Assembly: GCF_006345805.1 (NCBI RefSeq)
Contig: NC_043000.1
Span: forward strand, 38,936,001 to 39,000,000
Length of the DNA stretch: 64,000 nt
Source of the DNA: Octopus sinensis
Taxonomy: Eukaryota
Reading direction: 5' to 3'
Every line of letters begins with the position of its first letter. The first letter of the stretch is position 1. The notes beneath the pieces were generated by a model. It searched no databases. It was not told the origin of the DNA and saw only the letters and a list, made by a program, of their open reading frames with translations. Below, one piece after another: positions 51,559-64,000 of the stretch. The translations under genes were made by a program, and so were the position numbers.

Positions 51559-52759
51559 TAATAATAATAATAATAACAATAATGATAATAATAATAATGA
51601 TATTGATAATAACGATAACAACTGTAAAAAACTGGAAGATCTACTGTTTTCTGTGAGTAATTTGAATTTCCCTCAAAATAAGTTAAGAAACTTACATATC
51701 TGCAGCTTTGGACATACAAACGAACACATAACAAAAATTTAGAAACATAAATATCTCTAATTTTGTGTGAACATTTTGTCGTCCCTTCTTCCTTGACTAT
51801 CAGAATATGTAAAAATGCCTTTTATTGTAACACACTAAAAACACAACGATAATAAATTATGGAAGTAAGCACCTGCTAATATATACATACTGCACAACTA
51901 CAAAAACTGTAAACCACAGCAAAACTTTTAAAAAGAAAAGAAAAATTCCCAAAGAAAAAGAAATTCAGAAATACAAAAATCCAACAAGGTGAACCTGCTC
52001 TTCCTCCTACTGTCCCCAAAGACTGGAATATCTACAATTCCCTGTAAATATTTGAAATTTCCCTAAAAGAAAATAAGTTAGGAAACTTACATACCTACAG
52101 CTATCGAATACACAAACCGGTCAGCTTAAAATACAAGAGAAAATAAAAGGAAAGTAAAAAATATCTTTAATATCTACAACTAATGTGCGACAAAGTATCC
52201 TTTCCTCTCTCCCTGAGTATTCGAAAATTAAAATATCATCCTCCTTTTTATTCTAAGAACGCTACCATTTCTCCCTGTGCATTCATACAAAAGACCATAT
52301 TAGATAAACCTTAGAACTTTCCTAGCCACAACTTCTTTTCTTTTTTTTTTGACTCTCCCTGAGCATTCGAAAATGTAAACATTCTTCTTCCCATTGCAAA
52401 AGTCTTATTGTATTTTCTGGGCTTCGTATATTTTACTCCAGTGTCACTTTGACGGCATGCATTGCTCTTTCATTCATTATCATTATTATTACTGTTGTTG
52501 TTGTTGTTGTTGCTGTTATTATTGTTATTGCTGTTGTTGTTATTGTTGTGAATAAATGAATAAACAAAGAGAAAGCTCCTTACGCACAAATATTTACGCA
52601 CAAAAGATCTCGTGGATGTATAATGATGGTTATAGCATTCCCCTTTCATACCAGGTCGAAAAAGAAAAAATAGGAAGAGCTTCACGAATATATTGATTTA
52701 AGATAGGAGATTGGGCGACGATGGGAATCTAAGATTGTGAAATGTGGTGCGACCTATCA

Positions 52760-53214
52760 CTGGCGCGTTGGATATTGTAAACAGAAACTTGAAATGTCTG
52801 AGGAACATCTTGGTCGGGGAAATCTGCTACAATACCACCACAATTGGACTGCCAAAATATCTTAAAACATCTAACGACAGGATGCTAAAGCTCGTTGAAA
52901 ACCATGAAAGACGTAAGAAGCTTCATTCTGTTATGAAGAAGGGCTAAGTATTTGAACAGCATGAGAAAAGTGCAGAAAATGTAGTTGCAGAGAAGGTTAA
53001 ATCAATAGCAAAGCAAAATGCGTTTGAACAATAGGCTGATAGGTGGTAACAAAAACCTCTGGATGGCAAAAATGTGGCCCGTAGCAAACAAGCTGAAGTA
53101 GCCTAGAAACACACCCATTAGTGGCTACGGATTTCAGGGATAAAGGTAGAGTGTGAAGGCTTTATCTTGGTTGCCCAAGAAGAGAGCTTATTGACCCGGA
53201 ACTAAAAACCAATG

Positions 53215-53220
<6 letters not shown>
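52760..53220 (+). mobile_element. Degenerate R4/Dong LINE fragment (post-RT region)
   Basis: YNTTTIGLPKYL..SNDRMLKLVENHE matches 19688..20074; later KPLDGK, EGFILVAQE; ends at (TAG)n. Confidence 0.8.
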
Positions 53221-53289
<69 letters not shown>

Positions 53290-53294
53290 AAATG

Positions 53295-53450
53295 CCCTGA
53301 TTCACTACTAGGCAGAGGCTCTCAAGGCTTTTGATTTTAACTGATTGGAAGTGTTATATATTATTTTGCCTTGGTATAAAAGATGGGCTATAGCAAATAT
53401 TCTGCTCAATACCACAAATTTACTTGTCGCTTGTTTGGCTTTCACCAGCC
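53295..53450 (+). mobile_element. 5' fragment of the ~550-bp TAA-associated element (3' stub at 52415-52475)
   Basis: TGCCCTGAT..ACTA.TAGGCAG.GGCTC...AACTGATTGGAAGTG...AAAAGATGGGCTA.AGCAAATATTCTGCTCAATACCAC. Confidence 0.8.
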
Positions 53451-55007
53451 TCAGTAGCTGAAGATATTTGCTTCTCTGACCACGAGCTTGCTTAAATTCC
53501 TCTTTCTTCTCACTCCCTTATGTTTTTTTTTCCTTCTTTTAATTCTAATTCCTCTCTACATTCATATTCTCTATTCCTACTGTGCTCCCCACACATTCTG
53601 ATTTAATCTTCCATATGTTAACATGTACCTCCTTGCGACAATGTAAACTTTCATTTAATGAAGATATCCTCGGCCTGAAGAGCAGCCTGCGGTACACACC
53701 TCGCTTGGATATTTACCATTTCCCAGGTTCTGCTCGCTATGAAACATATGTAGTCTGGATCTTATCTACACCATTCTCTAACTCTTCTATTCTTATTCAC
53801 ACTCCCGGTAAACCTGGTTGCCTACCGTGAAATATAAAAAGAACTTTTTTCAATTTATCGTACTTCGATACGAAAAGAATCTACAACCTCCCGTCTCAAT
53901 AAACCACTATTGTCACTGAAAGTTGTTTTTTATATTTACTATGGATTGCTTGAAGCTAGCTTTTTTCCTACAATTCGATACTTGGATCTCATATTTATAT
54001 ATGTATATACATATACATACATCTGTGTGTGTGTGTGTGCGCGTGTGTTAGAGATAATCTGTGTTTATGTCTCCGTACCTTAGCATTCGGCAAATGGCAC
54101 CGATAGAATAAATACTAGGCTTTAGAATAATCTGTATTGAAGGCGATTCGTACGTCTAAAATTCTTCAGTATGGTCGCAGTCTAATGACTGATTGAAGTA
54201 AAATGGAAATGGTTAAAAGATAAAACCAGACACAAATCAAAGCGGCAGAAGATGGTCTTCAGGAATGAGGTAAGGAATTAATTGCCAACAGCTGAAGTCG
54301 AGAACCAACGTCAGGGGAATGATGTGCCGGAGGCCGAAGGAACATGGAACTTTCGGTGAAAAACAGATGCAGTGAACGTTTTCCATAGGGTAAATTACTG
54401 AGAACGGTAACAGAATTCAATATAAAAGGATATAGTCAATAATAGAATTGGTTTGATAGGTGAGAGAAGGTAAGCTACAACCTAGGTACAAGCATCGAAT
54501 TTAATATTACAAAGTATAAGAGATTGCAGAGTGTAAAACAGCGTAGCAGAATATGAAACAAGTTTTAAGAAATGCTTTGCGTATTATGTTTGGCTTTGGA
54601 AACTGAACTTGGCGAAGAATTGGTGCTGTAACGTTAGATTTGTGTGCGTATGTATGCATGCATGTATGCTTGAATGGGTGGATGCATGCATGTACACACA
54701 CACACCCTCACACACATACACATATACACACACTCAGACACAAACACACACGTATATACATATGTATTCATGTATATGTACATATACACGTATATACACG
54801 TGTCTACATGTATGTATTTGTATATGTGTATAAGTATGCATGTACGTACGTATGTATGTGTGTGTATGTATGTATGTATGTATGTATGTACGTAAAGGAG
54901 TGAAGAATGAGGAAAGGAGAATGAAGGAAAAGGGGGAAAATAAAAGATAAAGATACAAAGGAACGTGTAAAGTAAAAAAGAAAACGAGAGAGAGAAAGGG
55001 AGGGGTA

Positions 55008-55039
<32 letters not shown>

Positions 55040-55589
55040 CATGCAGGCAGAGACAGACTGACAGACAGACACACAGACAGAGAAATAAAGAAATGGAGAC
55101 GGAAACGGCGACGTAAGAAAGAAAGTGGGTGGGAGAATGGGTCGAAATAAGACTGTTGAATTCTATTTTAGGATAGAGACGGTTACAAAGGTTATTGATT
55201 CGCATTCCTGAGGGAGACAAACAAGTGAATCTAATTGATTAGTTATAGAATATGAAGAAACTTTTATCCTGGTTGTTGTAGGGAATAAGATCGTTGTTGT
55301 GTCACTGAAGTTGAAGATCTGGGGTTATTTTGAAAAATGCTGGTTTGAAATTAACGCATCGAATAGATTTTCACGTCACAGTAAAAGCTTTTCCTATATC
55401 ACGCTTATTCGTTCATTCCACTCTTCGTTCTTTCGTTCCTCCTCTCTCACATTTTCTTTGCCTTCTCTTCTTGCTCACTTTCCCTCCACTTTTCACTACA
55501 CCGTGTCCCTGTCGTTTTTCCTCGCTCCTCCTTAATTCTTCATCCCTCTGCCTTTACCTCTCTCTCTCTCTCTCTCTCCTCTCTTCTCT

Positions 55590-55890
55590 TCCCACGTGAC
55601 CGGCGTTCGGCCGAGCCTAATCTTTCATTCTTGGCCTGGCTGCTATTCGGGCAACATCGATATTCCTCCCTGTGCCTGTGAAATCTTGTATCCCTGCTGT
55701 AAGGCTTCATTTCCATACACGTCGGCTTAATTTAATTCGTCTTTAGTCGAAAGATACCTTTTGATATGTCCTGTTATTAATTTTATTGTATTTGTGTAAC
55801 ATTGTCAGTTTTTCCGTCCTTGTTTTTGCATACATTCGCTGCTAGGAATCTAATGATCTTAGCTTAGTTTTTCCTGGGGGCTGGCCACAT
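55590..55890 (+). repeat. Dispersed repeat homologous to 3560-3872
   Basis: See 3560-3872. Confidence 0.7.
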
Positions 55891-56275
55891 TATATATATA
55901 TTTCTTAAATATAGCCACGAAGCACATGTCGTTATTCTGCCAAATATATACGTTTTATTTATTATTTGCACATTACTTAATCATCGGTACATTCTTGTTA
56001 TTTTATATTTAATATTTCTATTATATGTAATTTTGTAGATGATGTAATTTAATTGAATTTTTCCCTGAAAGTTAGGAATAATATTCCCTCAAATTATTAT
56101 ATATATATGTATATATATGTGTATATATAATATATATAATATATATATATATATTGCTAAGATGATCTGGTTCTTGACTGATGACTGAGGGCTTCGATGT
56201 CCCGTCCTGTGGTTCTTGTGTCGTCTCTGTGTTGTTTCATGTTCTTGTCTATGTCTGTAATTAATTTTATGTTTA

Positions 56276-56366
<91 letters not shown>

Positions 56367-57507
56367 GATAGATAGATAGATAGATAGATAGATAGTGGCG
56401 GGTCCAAAAAATATTTCTTTTTCCATGTGATGAATTGTAGTGAAAGATGTAAAAGAAGAAAGGAAGGAAAATGCACAGAAACCATTTTATGTTCGACATC
56501 AAGTGGGAGATAAATATTTAATGCAAAAGAATTTTCGAAAAAGCTACTATTAGAGATAAAATGAGATCAGTTTGACAACTGCCATCGACGAATACAATTG
56601 AGTTCTGCAGAAAAGTTACCGAGGAATCTTTAAAATACCTCTCCAACCGAAATTAACAAACAGCTTGCTAGATCTACAAACCAAACTAAAGTTATATTAT
56701 TAAAAAATTAAATTGATTAACACTACAAGTGAAGTCATTCTTTTCCTTTTTTAAATATACTTAACTGTACGAAGAATCTCACATATTTCCCAGTATACAC
56801 ATTTACATACATGCATACATACATACATACATACAAACATACATACATACATACATACATGCATACATACATACATACATACATACATACATACATACAT
56901 ACATACATACATGATATGATGGTTGCCCCCTCGTTATCGAGTATGGCCATTGCACGAAGCTTAACTATTATTGGTGCTGTGATCGAATGTGACTTTTATT
57001 TGCTTTTTAAGGCTACAGCCAGCCATTCAGTTAAGACTCACAGCACCATCAACAATCATGAACAATGTTGTTATCGTGCAATGCCTGTGCAGGAAGATTT
57101 TTTTTAAAGTGAGGAAAGGCTGTGCACTGAGTCAATCCCACTCACTAAGCAACAGCAGTCATAATACGAAAAGAAGAACAAGTCAACATCATCGGTAACC
57201 ACTGTGCTACAGGTTTTATGTCAGAGTTATCCTGGTTACCTGAGTTACCTTCTAGAAGGATGCCCTAACAAAGGCTAGGAGTCCTTCGCTTCCAATGGTT
57301 TAACTGCGCGATCGGGTATTCAGTCCGATTATTTCTATGTCCCCGCGCATGATACAGCCTTAAGCCTTAAGAAAAAAAATTACATATTTATTGGATGGCC
57401 GTTGACTCTCAAGAGTTCCTCCGCCCTTTGACGGGTTTTGTTTTTTATCCCGTAGGGTGTCCGATAAACACCCTCCTCACCAAGCATACATACATACATG
57501 TACGTGT

Positions 57508-57545
<38 letters not shown>

Positions 57546-57547
<2 letters not shown>

Positions 57548-58835
57548 TCATATGTATAAATATATATATTTCTTTATTGCCTGCATGGGGGCTAAATGTA
57601 ACGGGGACAAACAAGGACAGACAAACGGATTAAGTCGATTATATCGACCCCAGTGCGTAACTGGTACTTATTTAATCGACTCCGAAAGGATGAAAGGCAA
57701 AGTCGACCTCGGCGGAATTTGAACTCAGAACGTAACGGCAGACGAAATACCTAATTCTTTACTACTCTCAAGGGGCTGAACACAGAATGGGCAAGCAAGG
57801 GCAGACAAACGGATTAAGTCGATTATATCGACTCCAGTGCGTAACTGGTACTTATTTTATCGACCCCGAAAGAATGAAAAGCAAAGTCGACCTCAGCCGA
57901 ATTTGAACTAAGAACGTAGCGGCAGACGAAATATCTATTCTTTACTACCCTCAAGGGCTGAACACATAGAGGACAAACAGGACAGACAAACGGATTAAGT
58001 CGATTATATCGACTCCAGTGCGTAACTGGTACTTATTTAATCAACTCCGAAAGGATGAAAGGCAAAGTCGACCTCGGCGGAAATTGAACCCAGAACGTGA
58101 AGACAGACGAAGTACTACTAAGCATTTCGCCCGGCGTGCTAACGATTTTGCCAGCTCGGTTTGTGTGTGTGTGTTGTGTGTGTGTGTGTGTGTGTATTCA
58201 TATGTATAAATATATATATTTCTTTATTGCCTGCATGGGGGCTAAATGTAACGGGGACAAACAAGGACAGACAACGGATTAAGTCGATTATATCGACCCC
58301 AGTGCGTAACTGGTACTTATTTAATCGACTCCGAAAGGATGAAAGGCAAAGTCGACCTCGGCGGAATTTGAACTCAGAACGTAACGGCAGACGAAATACC
58401 TAATTCTTTACTACTCTCAAGGGGCTGAACACAGAATGGGCAAGCAAGGGCAGACAAACGGATTAAGTCGATTATATCGACTCCAGTGCGTAACTGGTAC
58501 TTATTTTATCGACCCCGAAAGAATGAAAAGCAAAGTCGACCTCAGCCGAATTTGAACTAAGAACGTAGCGGCAGACGAAATATCTATTTCTTTACTACCC
58601 TCAAGGGGCTGAACACATAGAGGACAAACAAGGACAGACAAACGGATTAAGTCGATTATATCGACTCCAGTGCGTAACTGGTACTTATTTAATCAACTCC
58701 GAAAGGATGAAAGGCAAAGTCGACCTCGGCGGAAATTGAACCCAGAACGTGAAGACAGACGAAGTACTACTAAGCATTTCGCCCGGCGTGCTAACGATTT
58801 TGCCAGCTCGGTTTGTGTGTGTGTGTTTGTGTGTA
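57546..58835 (-). mobile_element. Array of family M SINE units (three per block), itself duplicated in tandem with a period of about 651 bp
   Basis: ATTCATATGTATAAAT at 57546 and 58196; CCAGCTCGGTTTGTG at 58151 and 58803. Confidence 0.92.
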
Positions 58836-59250
58836 TTTACACACACACACACATATATAGGGAGGGGTTTCTTACAGTTTTCTTCTACCAAATACACTCA
58901 CAAGGCTTTGGTCGGCCCGCTGCTGTAGTAAAAGACACGTGACAAAAATACCACGCAGGAGGATCGAGCCCAGTATCATGTGGCCCACACAACCATAAAG
59001 ATATTTTGGTGGATTGTATTTCCCAGCCCATTTCGCTCTCGTTGAATTCAGTTTTCTATATTTACACCGCGAAGCCGTCTTTCTTTCTCTCAAAGAATGC
59101 GATGAACATCACTACTCTGCCTTATTTCTGCAATAAATATTAAAATAAGTTCTTTGTACATTGATGACGATATAACCGTTGTTTAGATATTCTGTGGAAG
59201 ATACTGGCGTGTTTGATCAATAATCATTAATTTTTAATTACCTATGCGGG

Positions 59251-59290
<40 letters not shown>

Positions 59291-59329
59291 TACATACATA
59301 CACACATACACACACATATTTATATATGT

Positions 59330-59490
59330 GTATATATATGTGTATATATATGTGTATATATATGTGTATATATATGTGTATATATATGTGTATATATATG
59401 TGTATATATATGTGTATATATATGTGTATATATATGTGTATATATATGTGTATATATATGTGTATATATATGTGTATATATATGTGTATA
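59330..59490. repeat. 12-bp minisatellite (TATATATATGTG)n
   Basis: Direct reading; gives the YVYI/THIY repeating ORFs. Confidence 0.92.
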
Positions 59491-59524
59491 TATATATGTA
59501 TATATGTATGTATATAAATATATG

Positions 59525-59890
59525 CGCAGACGTGACTGTTTAGTAAGAAGTTTGCTTCTCACGCATATGGTCCCGTGTTCAATCCATTTCCGTGGCACCA
59601 TGATCAAGTGTCTTCTGCTGCAGCCTCGGGCCGACCAAATCTTTGCGAGTGGATTTGATAAATGGAAACTGAAAGAAAACAGTCACGTGTGTGTGTGTGT
59701 GTGTTCCCCATCAGCAATTGGCAACCGTTGTTGCTATGTTTACACCCCCGTGACGCAACACTTCAATAGAAGACACCAACATAATATGTGCCAGGTTTAA
59801 ACTAATAAAGCACTAGGGTAGAGCCATTCGAATGAAAAATTTTCAAGTTGTTGCCCCAGCCTGGTCGCAGTCCGATTACTGAAACTATAT
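59525..59890 (+). mobile_element. SINE family K, diverged (another partial copy at 58860-58995, -)
   Basis: GCGCAGACGTGACTG..TAGTAAGAAGTTTGC, GGAAACTGAAAGAA, tail CAGCCTGGTCGCAGTCCGATTACTGAAAC. Confidence 0.75.
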
Positions 59891-60467
59891 GAGAGATGAA
59901 AGGTTTTCAAGGGTATTCAATAGCATCGACCATTGAGAACCAATGCAAAGTGAGAGACAGTCTTCCGGCGGAATTTGAAATCACAACCGTGAACAACCGA
60001 AACTGAAATATCAGAATACATCAAGGTCAATGTTTAATATTATCGATCAGTTTTCATTGTTTGATATTTGATCGATAAATAGATTTTTGAAAAGAGAAAC
60101 TAGTACACATTGTTGTATTGTGTTAATAGGGCGTGTTATGCTGAGAGAATCTGTTGAATGGAACCGATAACTTCAAGACAGTTTAATGTTATATACTGGG
60201 ACATTCATAAAAGTATTTTGTAAACGACAAAATATTTACACGTGATAAATTTTCCTTTCTTTCATTCTTTTTCCGTCCTTCCTTTTTATCTTTTTGATTC
60301 TACAAATCGTTAAACGAGAGTTCTTTAAGTTACGTTCGCATTTGCATACAAAACAAGGTATTTTTAACGACGATTAGGGCCTGATTAAGACCCATAGAGG
60401 CCCTAAGCATTTCAGAGATTTCTGGTACTCTCAAGTATATGTAATTCAAAAATTTAAACAATAATCT

Positions 60468-61016
60468 TTTTTACTCTGGGAACAAGGACCGAAATTTTTG
60501 AGGAGGCAGGGGCAGTCGATTAGATCAACCTCAGTACGCAACTGGTACTAAATTTATCGACCCCGAAAGGATGACCGGCAAAGTCGACCGTGGTGGAATT
60601 TGAACTCAGAACGTTGCGAAATGTACTTAAAATATTCTTTTCTACTCTAGGCACAAGGCCCGAAATTTTGGGGGAGGGAGAGCCAATCGATTAGGTCGAT
60701 CCCAGTACACAACTAGTGCTTAATTTATCGACCCCGAAAGGATGAAATGCAAAGTCGACCTTGGCGGAATTTGAACTCGGAACGTAAAGTCTACCCACAA
60801 GGGGCTAAACATAGAGAGGACAAACAAGGACAGACAAACGGATTAAGTCGATTATATCGACGCCAGTGCGTAACTGGTACTTAATTTATCGACCCCGAAA
60901 GGATGAAAGGCAAAGTCGACCTCGGCGGAATTTGAACTTAGAACGTACCGGCAGACGAAATACGGCTACGCATTTCGCTCGGCGTGCTAACGTTTCTGCC
61001 AGCTCGCCGCCTTAAA
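60468..61016 (-). mobile_element. Tandem array of three family M SINE units (tails B, B, A)
   Basis: Three ATCGACCCCGAAAGGATGA...GTCGACC..GG.GGAATTTGAACT blocks; single head at 60960-61016. Confidence 0.9.
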
Positions 61017-61260
61017 ATATAAACAATAATAAACTACAAAATAATTTTCTTTTTTTTTCAAAATGAAATAAAACTAACACTAAGATGTAAAATAATGTTT
61101 ATTTTTCTCTACTTTCACTTTATTTTATATCTGATAATTTTTTTCCTACTTTTTTAATTGCAAAGTCTTTCACCAGATACGCAAAATTTATTTTACATAA
61201 CACATCTGCTTTTATACTTTGCAGAGTTAATGCATCCTGTATAATATTTCAGTAGGTTCA

Positions 61261-62250
61261 AAGGCGGCAAGCCGGCAGAATTGTTAGCACGTCGGGCGAA
61301 ATGTTTAGCGGTATTTCGTCTGCCGCTACGTTCTGAGTTCAAATTCCGCCAAGGTCGACTTTGCCTTTCATCCTTTCGGGGTCGATTAAATAAGTACCAG
61401 TTACGTACTGGAGTCGATATAATCGACTTAATCCCTTTGTCTGTCCTTTTTTCTCCCCTCTGTGTTTAGCCCCTTGTGGTTAGTAAAGAAATAGGTATTT
61501 CGTCTGCCGGTACGTTCTGAGTTCAAATTCCGCCGAGGTTGACTTTGCCTTTCATCCTTTCGGGGTCGATAAATAAAGTACCAGTTACGCACCGGTGTCG
61601 ATGCAATCGACTTAATCCGTTTGTCTGTCCTTGTTTGTCCCCTCTGTGTTTAGCCCCTTGTGGGTAGCAAAGAAATAGGTATTTCGTCTGCCGCTACGTT
61701 CTGAGTTCAAATTCCGCCGAGGTCGACTTTACATTTCATCCTTTCGGGTTCGATTAAATAAGTACCAGTTACGCACTGGGGTCGATATAATCGACTTAAT
61801 CCGTTTGTCTGTCCTTGTTTGTCCTCTTTGTGTTTAGCCTCTTGTGGGTAGTAAAGAAACTGGTATTTCGTCTGTCTTTACATTCCGAGTTCAAATTCCG
61901 CCGAGGTCGACTTTGCCTTTCATCCTTTCGGGATCGATAAATTAAGAACCAATTGCATAATGGGGTCGATCTAAATGACTGGCACAACTTCTCCCAAAAT
62001 TTCGGGCATTGTACCTAGAGTAGAAAAGAATAATTCATAAATGAAGACCAAAATACTTAGCGGTATTTCGTCTGCCGTTACATTCTGAGTTCAAACTCCG
62101 CCGATGTCGACTTTTCCTTTCATCCTTTCCGGGTCGATGTAATCTCTTACGCACAGGAACGATGTAAACGACTTAATCCCTTTCTCTGTCCTTGTTTGTC
62201 CACTCTATGTTTACCCCCCCCCCTTCCCCCGTGGGCAATAAAGAAATAAA
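61261..62250 (+). mobile_element. Tandem array of five family M SINE units; only the first has a complete head
   Basis: Units restart at GGTATTTCGTCTG (61309, 61494, 61678, 61862, about 62062). Confidence 0.92.
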
Positions 62251-63216
62251 TATTTCATAAATGACTAGATTGTAGGACTAGATACCTAGAGGTTGGGCGA
62301 TCAAATCCTATCACCAGTAGTATAACTGTATTTACGGTAAATATTTTGATTTCAAATTTTCAAAGGGCAGCAAATTTTATGGGGGTGAATAAGTCGATAA
62401 CATCGACCCCGATGTCCTACTGGGGCATATTTTATCGACCCCCAAAGGATGAAAGCAAAGACGACCACGGCAGAATTTGTATTCAGAATGTAACGACGAA
62501 CGAAATGCCGCTAAGCATTTCGTCCGGCATACTAACGGTTCTAACAAAGTTTAAACTGAGATTTCCCGACGTAGATGTTGAAATATCTGTCAATATGATG
62601 ATTATCTTCATTATAAATATATCGATTTTGCTTGCTTTCAATTTTGATTTTATTTTGTTTTATATATTCTTGCTTTTCGTTTATCGTTGTCATCTTTGAG
62701 CAGACAGGCGTACAGGCAGACAGACAGTCACAACAATAACGTGTTTTTTTTTTTTTTCTTTTTCAACAACGATGAAAAGGAAGACACAACAACAACTCGA
62801 GACAGAAAAAAAATCTACATTTGAGAAAATACGTCGACAACGATTCAAAAGATGTATTGTTTTCAGTGGAAAACCACCGCTATCATCCGTTTACCCGTGT
62901 TGTTGCTGTTGTCGTTGTTGTTGATATCGTTCTTCGGGTTGTTGTTGTTGTTGCTGTTGTTGCTGTCTTCGTCGTCGTCGTCGTCGTCGTCGTCGTCTTC
63001 GCCGCCATCTTTTCTGTTATTGTCGAGCTTGTTATCTTCATTGTTGTTGTCACCGACGTTGTTATTCTTGCTATTGTTGGTGTAACTGGGAAAGAAATAC
63101 GATGGTACTGAAGACAAAATAAACATCTGAAGGAATTACTAGTTGGAAATTCAATAATTTATTACCAATAGCCAATCGATAAATATTATTGATGTCACTA
63201 GATGTTTTCAGTCACT

Positions 63217-63570
63217 ATGTATGTATGTATGTATGTGTATGTATGTGTGTATGTATGTATGTATTTATGTACGTATGTATGTATGTATGTATGTGTATGT
63301 ATGTGTGTATGTACGTATGTATGTATGTATGTATGTATGTACGTATGTATGTATGTATGTATGTATGTATGTATGTATGTGTCTATGTATGTATGTATTA
63401 TGTATGTATTTATGTATGTATGCATTTACTTATGTCTATGTATGTGTGTATGTACTTATGTATGTATGTATGTATGTACGTATGTATGTATGTACGTATG
63501 TATGTATGTATGTACGTATGTATGTATGTATGTATTTATGTGTATGTATATGTGTATGTACGTACGTATG

Positions 63571-63604
<34 letters not shown>

Positions 63605-63660
63605 TGTATGAATATATGTATTTATGTATGTATGCATGTATTTATGTATTTATTTGTGTG
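63217..63660. repeat. (TATG)n tetranucleotide microsatellite field
   Basis: Direct reading. Confidence 0.95.
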
Positions 63661-64000
63661 TGTTGTGTGTATTGACTTCGTATCTGCGTTATTTATCAGC
63701 GGCGCCGATTTCTCTCTGTCATGCGAAAACACCGAGAACGGGACTATCTCTGTTGAGGTTTATCTTAAATATACATGAGGCAAAAAATATTGCATGTTAT
63801 AGGAGAGAGAGGGGGGAAGGAGAAGAGAGAGTTACTGGGGTGGGTACGGACAGACAGACCGACAGTCAGACAAATAGACGGGTAGGCATAGAGATAGAGA
63901 GTTAGAGATAGATAGGCAGAGAGAGACAGGCAGGCAAAGAGACAGACAAACCGACAGTCAAGGAGATTGGGCGGAGAGAAAAAGAAAGGGGGAGAGAAGG

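Noticed and set aside
54240-54420. Possible small exon (GAG|GTAAGG donor-like site at about 54268)
   Set aside because: A single splice-like motif without reading-frame or homology support is expected by chance.
56178-56184. Isolated CTGATGA
   Set aside because: No downstream GAAA or supporting stems.
57455-57475. Perfect 7-bp hairpin AGGGTGT-CCGATAA-ACACCCT before (TACA)n
   Set aside because: Possibly a retroelement 3' stem-loop, but it is single-copy here and too short to assign.

Overview
AT-rich, microsatellite-dense eukaryotic DNA made up almost entirely of transposable-element relics. I can support no host protein-coding exon, rRNA, genuine tRNA or CRISPR array. The repeat families resemble those of octopus/coleoid cephalopod genomes (inference from family recognition; no database search was possible). 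Contents: a CR1/L2-group LINE (4510-6870) and a second CR1-type 3' end; a nearly full Tx1/L1-clade LINE flanked by (GATA)n (36505-41185) and a second partial copy; about nine R4/Dong-clade (RT + restriction-like endonuclease) fragments, mostly next to (TAA)n/(TAG)n tracts; three Penelope-like (GIY-YIG) relics; a Chapaev3-like DDE transposase; mariner/Tc1, hAT-like and Helitron-like relics; and at least four tRNA-derived SINE families. Main hunt results: (i) minimal type I hammerhead-ribozyme folds, including a tRNA-headed SINE-like element carrying one, a candidate Pol III retrozyme; (ii) a Tx1 LINE that shares its 3' tail with the dominant SINE, both ending at an NNTAT (mostly G[GA]TAT) site that also occurs inside the SINE, which could explain the head-less tandem SINE arrays; (iii) a ~550-bp non-coding element associated with (TAA)n. 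Most ORF-track entries are microsatellite translation artefacts. Feature boundaries are read by eye and approximate unless stated otherwise.
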